Made by a program: the position numbers and the translations under genes. A DNA stretch of 64,000 bases, taken from a virus. Taxonomy: Duplodnaviria; Caudoviricetes. Below are positions 63,660 to 64,000 of this stretch, piece after piece; position 1 is the first letter of the stretch; every line of letters starts with the position of its first letter. The notes beneath the pieces were generated by a model, which saw nothing but the letters and a program-made list of their open reading frames with translations, was not told the DNA's origin and did no database searches. The stretch covers positions 19,340 to 83,339 of the IMG/VR virus record IMGVR_UViG_3300025018_002598. One strand, written 5' to 3'.

Positions 63660-63860
63660 TTTCTGGGATTAGAGTATGTACAAAAAATAATCCGTAACTT
63701 TGGGAAGTATGCTGGCTGGTGTCAACCGACACAAATCCCTTGGCTACGGATTATCTTATTGCCAAGATTTTTGTGGCTGGATAAATAAGTGAATCTGGGA
63801 GTGATCGTTACAAGAGATAACCTAGATTCTCCGACCCAACCGAAGGCACGGATTAATTGT
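63660..63860 (-). ncRNA. Candidate structured RNA (Y RNA-like or regulatory leader) upstream of Ro60
   Basis: Perfect 10-bp helix ATAATCCGTA/TACGGATTAT (63687-96 / 63745-54), inner hairpin GTGTC/GACAC, and a second related unit with a GAATCT/AGATTC stem. Confidence 0.5.
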
Positions 63861-63893
63861 TGAAACTTCAGATAAAAAATGAGATTAGATAAA

Positions 63894-64000
63894 ACCGTTC
63901 TGTGAAACTTACAAAAATCTACAAAAGATTCTCTGTTCACTTTCTGCTTCATCAAGATAGCAAATAGTTTCAATTTATTTAAACTATTTGACTTACATTC
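63894..64000. repeat. 107-bp direct repeat, copy 2 (runs to window end)
   Basis: See copy 1; the offset is 2110 bp. Confidence 0.95.

Noticed and set aside
63722-63973. 83-aa minus-strand ORF upstream of Ro60, and the extended Ro60 start at 63732
   Set aside because: Both overlap the direct repeat and the structured leader. The RBS supports MANKSL at 63648 instead.
1-64000. Possible stop-codon reassignment
   Set aside because: Long genes read through under the standard code and use TAA, TAG and TGA as stops. The few interruptions are frameshift-type or isolated.
1-64000. tRNA genes, rRNA or CRISPR arrays
   Set aside because: No cloverleaf with a GGTTCGA T-loop and no regularly spaced repeat-spacer array was found by eye. 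A tRNAscan or CRISPR search would be needed to exclude them fully.

Overview
This is a 64 kb, AT-rich, gene-dense fragment of a large tailed dsDNA bacteriophage (Caudoviricetes) using the standard genetic code. I saw no tRNA, rRNA or CRISPR array. Layout: (1) 1-10.4 kb is the head module, with a 2227-aa intein-containing prohead protease/scaffold-like polyprotein, a scaffold-like protein, a probable decoration protein and a 288-aa major capsid protein (MCP) followed by a strong terminator. (2) 10.45-16 kb is an accessory island of small ORFs. Several carry pieces of the phage's own MCP that are conserved at the protein level but synonymously diverged in DNA. The island also holds an HTH-fused truncated portal-like protein and an EF-Ts N-domain-like peptide. 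This is the strongest candidate for an undescribed system (virion-protein mimics or decoys). (3) 16-50.6 kb is mostly minus strand: glycosyl- and pyruvyl-transferases, HNH and GIY-YIG nucleases, a tail fibre, a CCA-adding enzyme, an RNase AS-like exonuclease, a Ski2/Hel308-like helicase, proteases, PhoH and an intein-containing large terminase. Many of these proteins share K-x-A-(S/Q) and W-Y-K-I motifs. (4) 50.6-61.7 kb covers transcription, replication and nucleotide metabolism: two sigma factors (one SigH-like, matching seven AGG(A/T)-N17/18-GAAT-like promoters), a resolvase, DnaX/HolA/DnaN-like proteins, TK, DHFR and ThyA, with several small frame-disrupting lesions. (5) 61.8-64 kb is a Ro60/TROVE gene with a structured leader, bracketed by 107-bp direct repeats. 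Family assignments come from motif recognition, not database searches.
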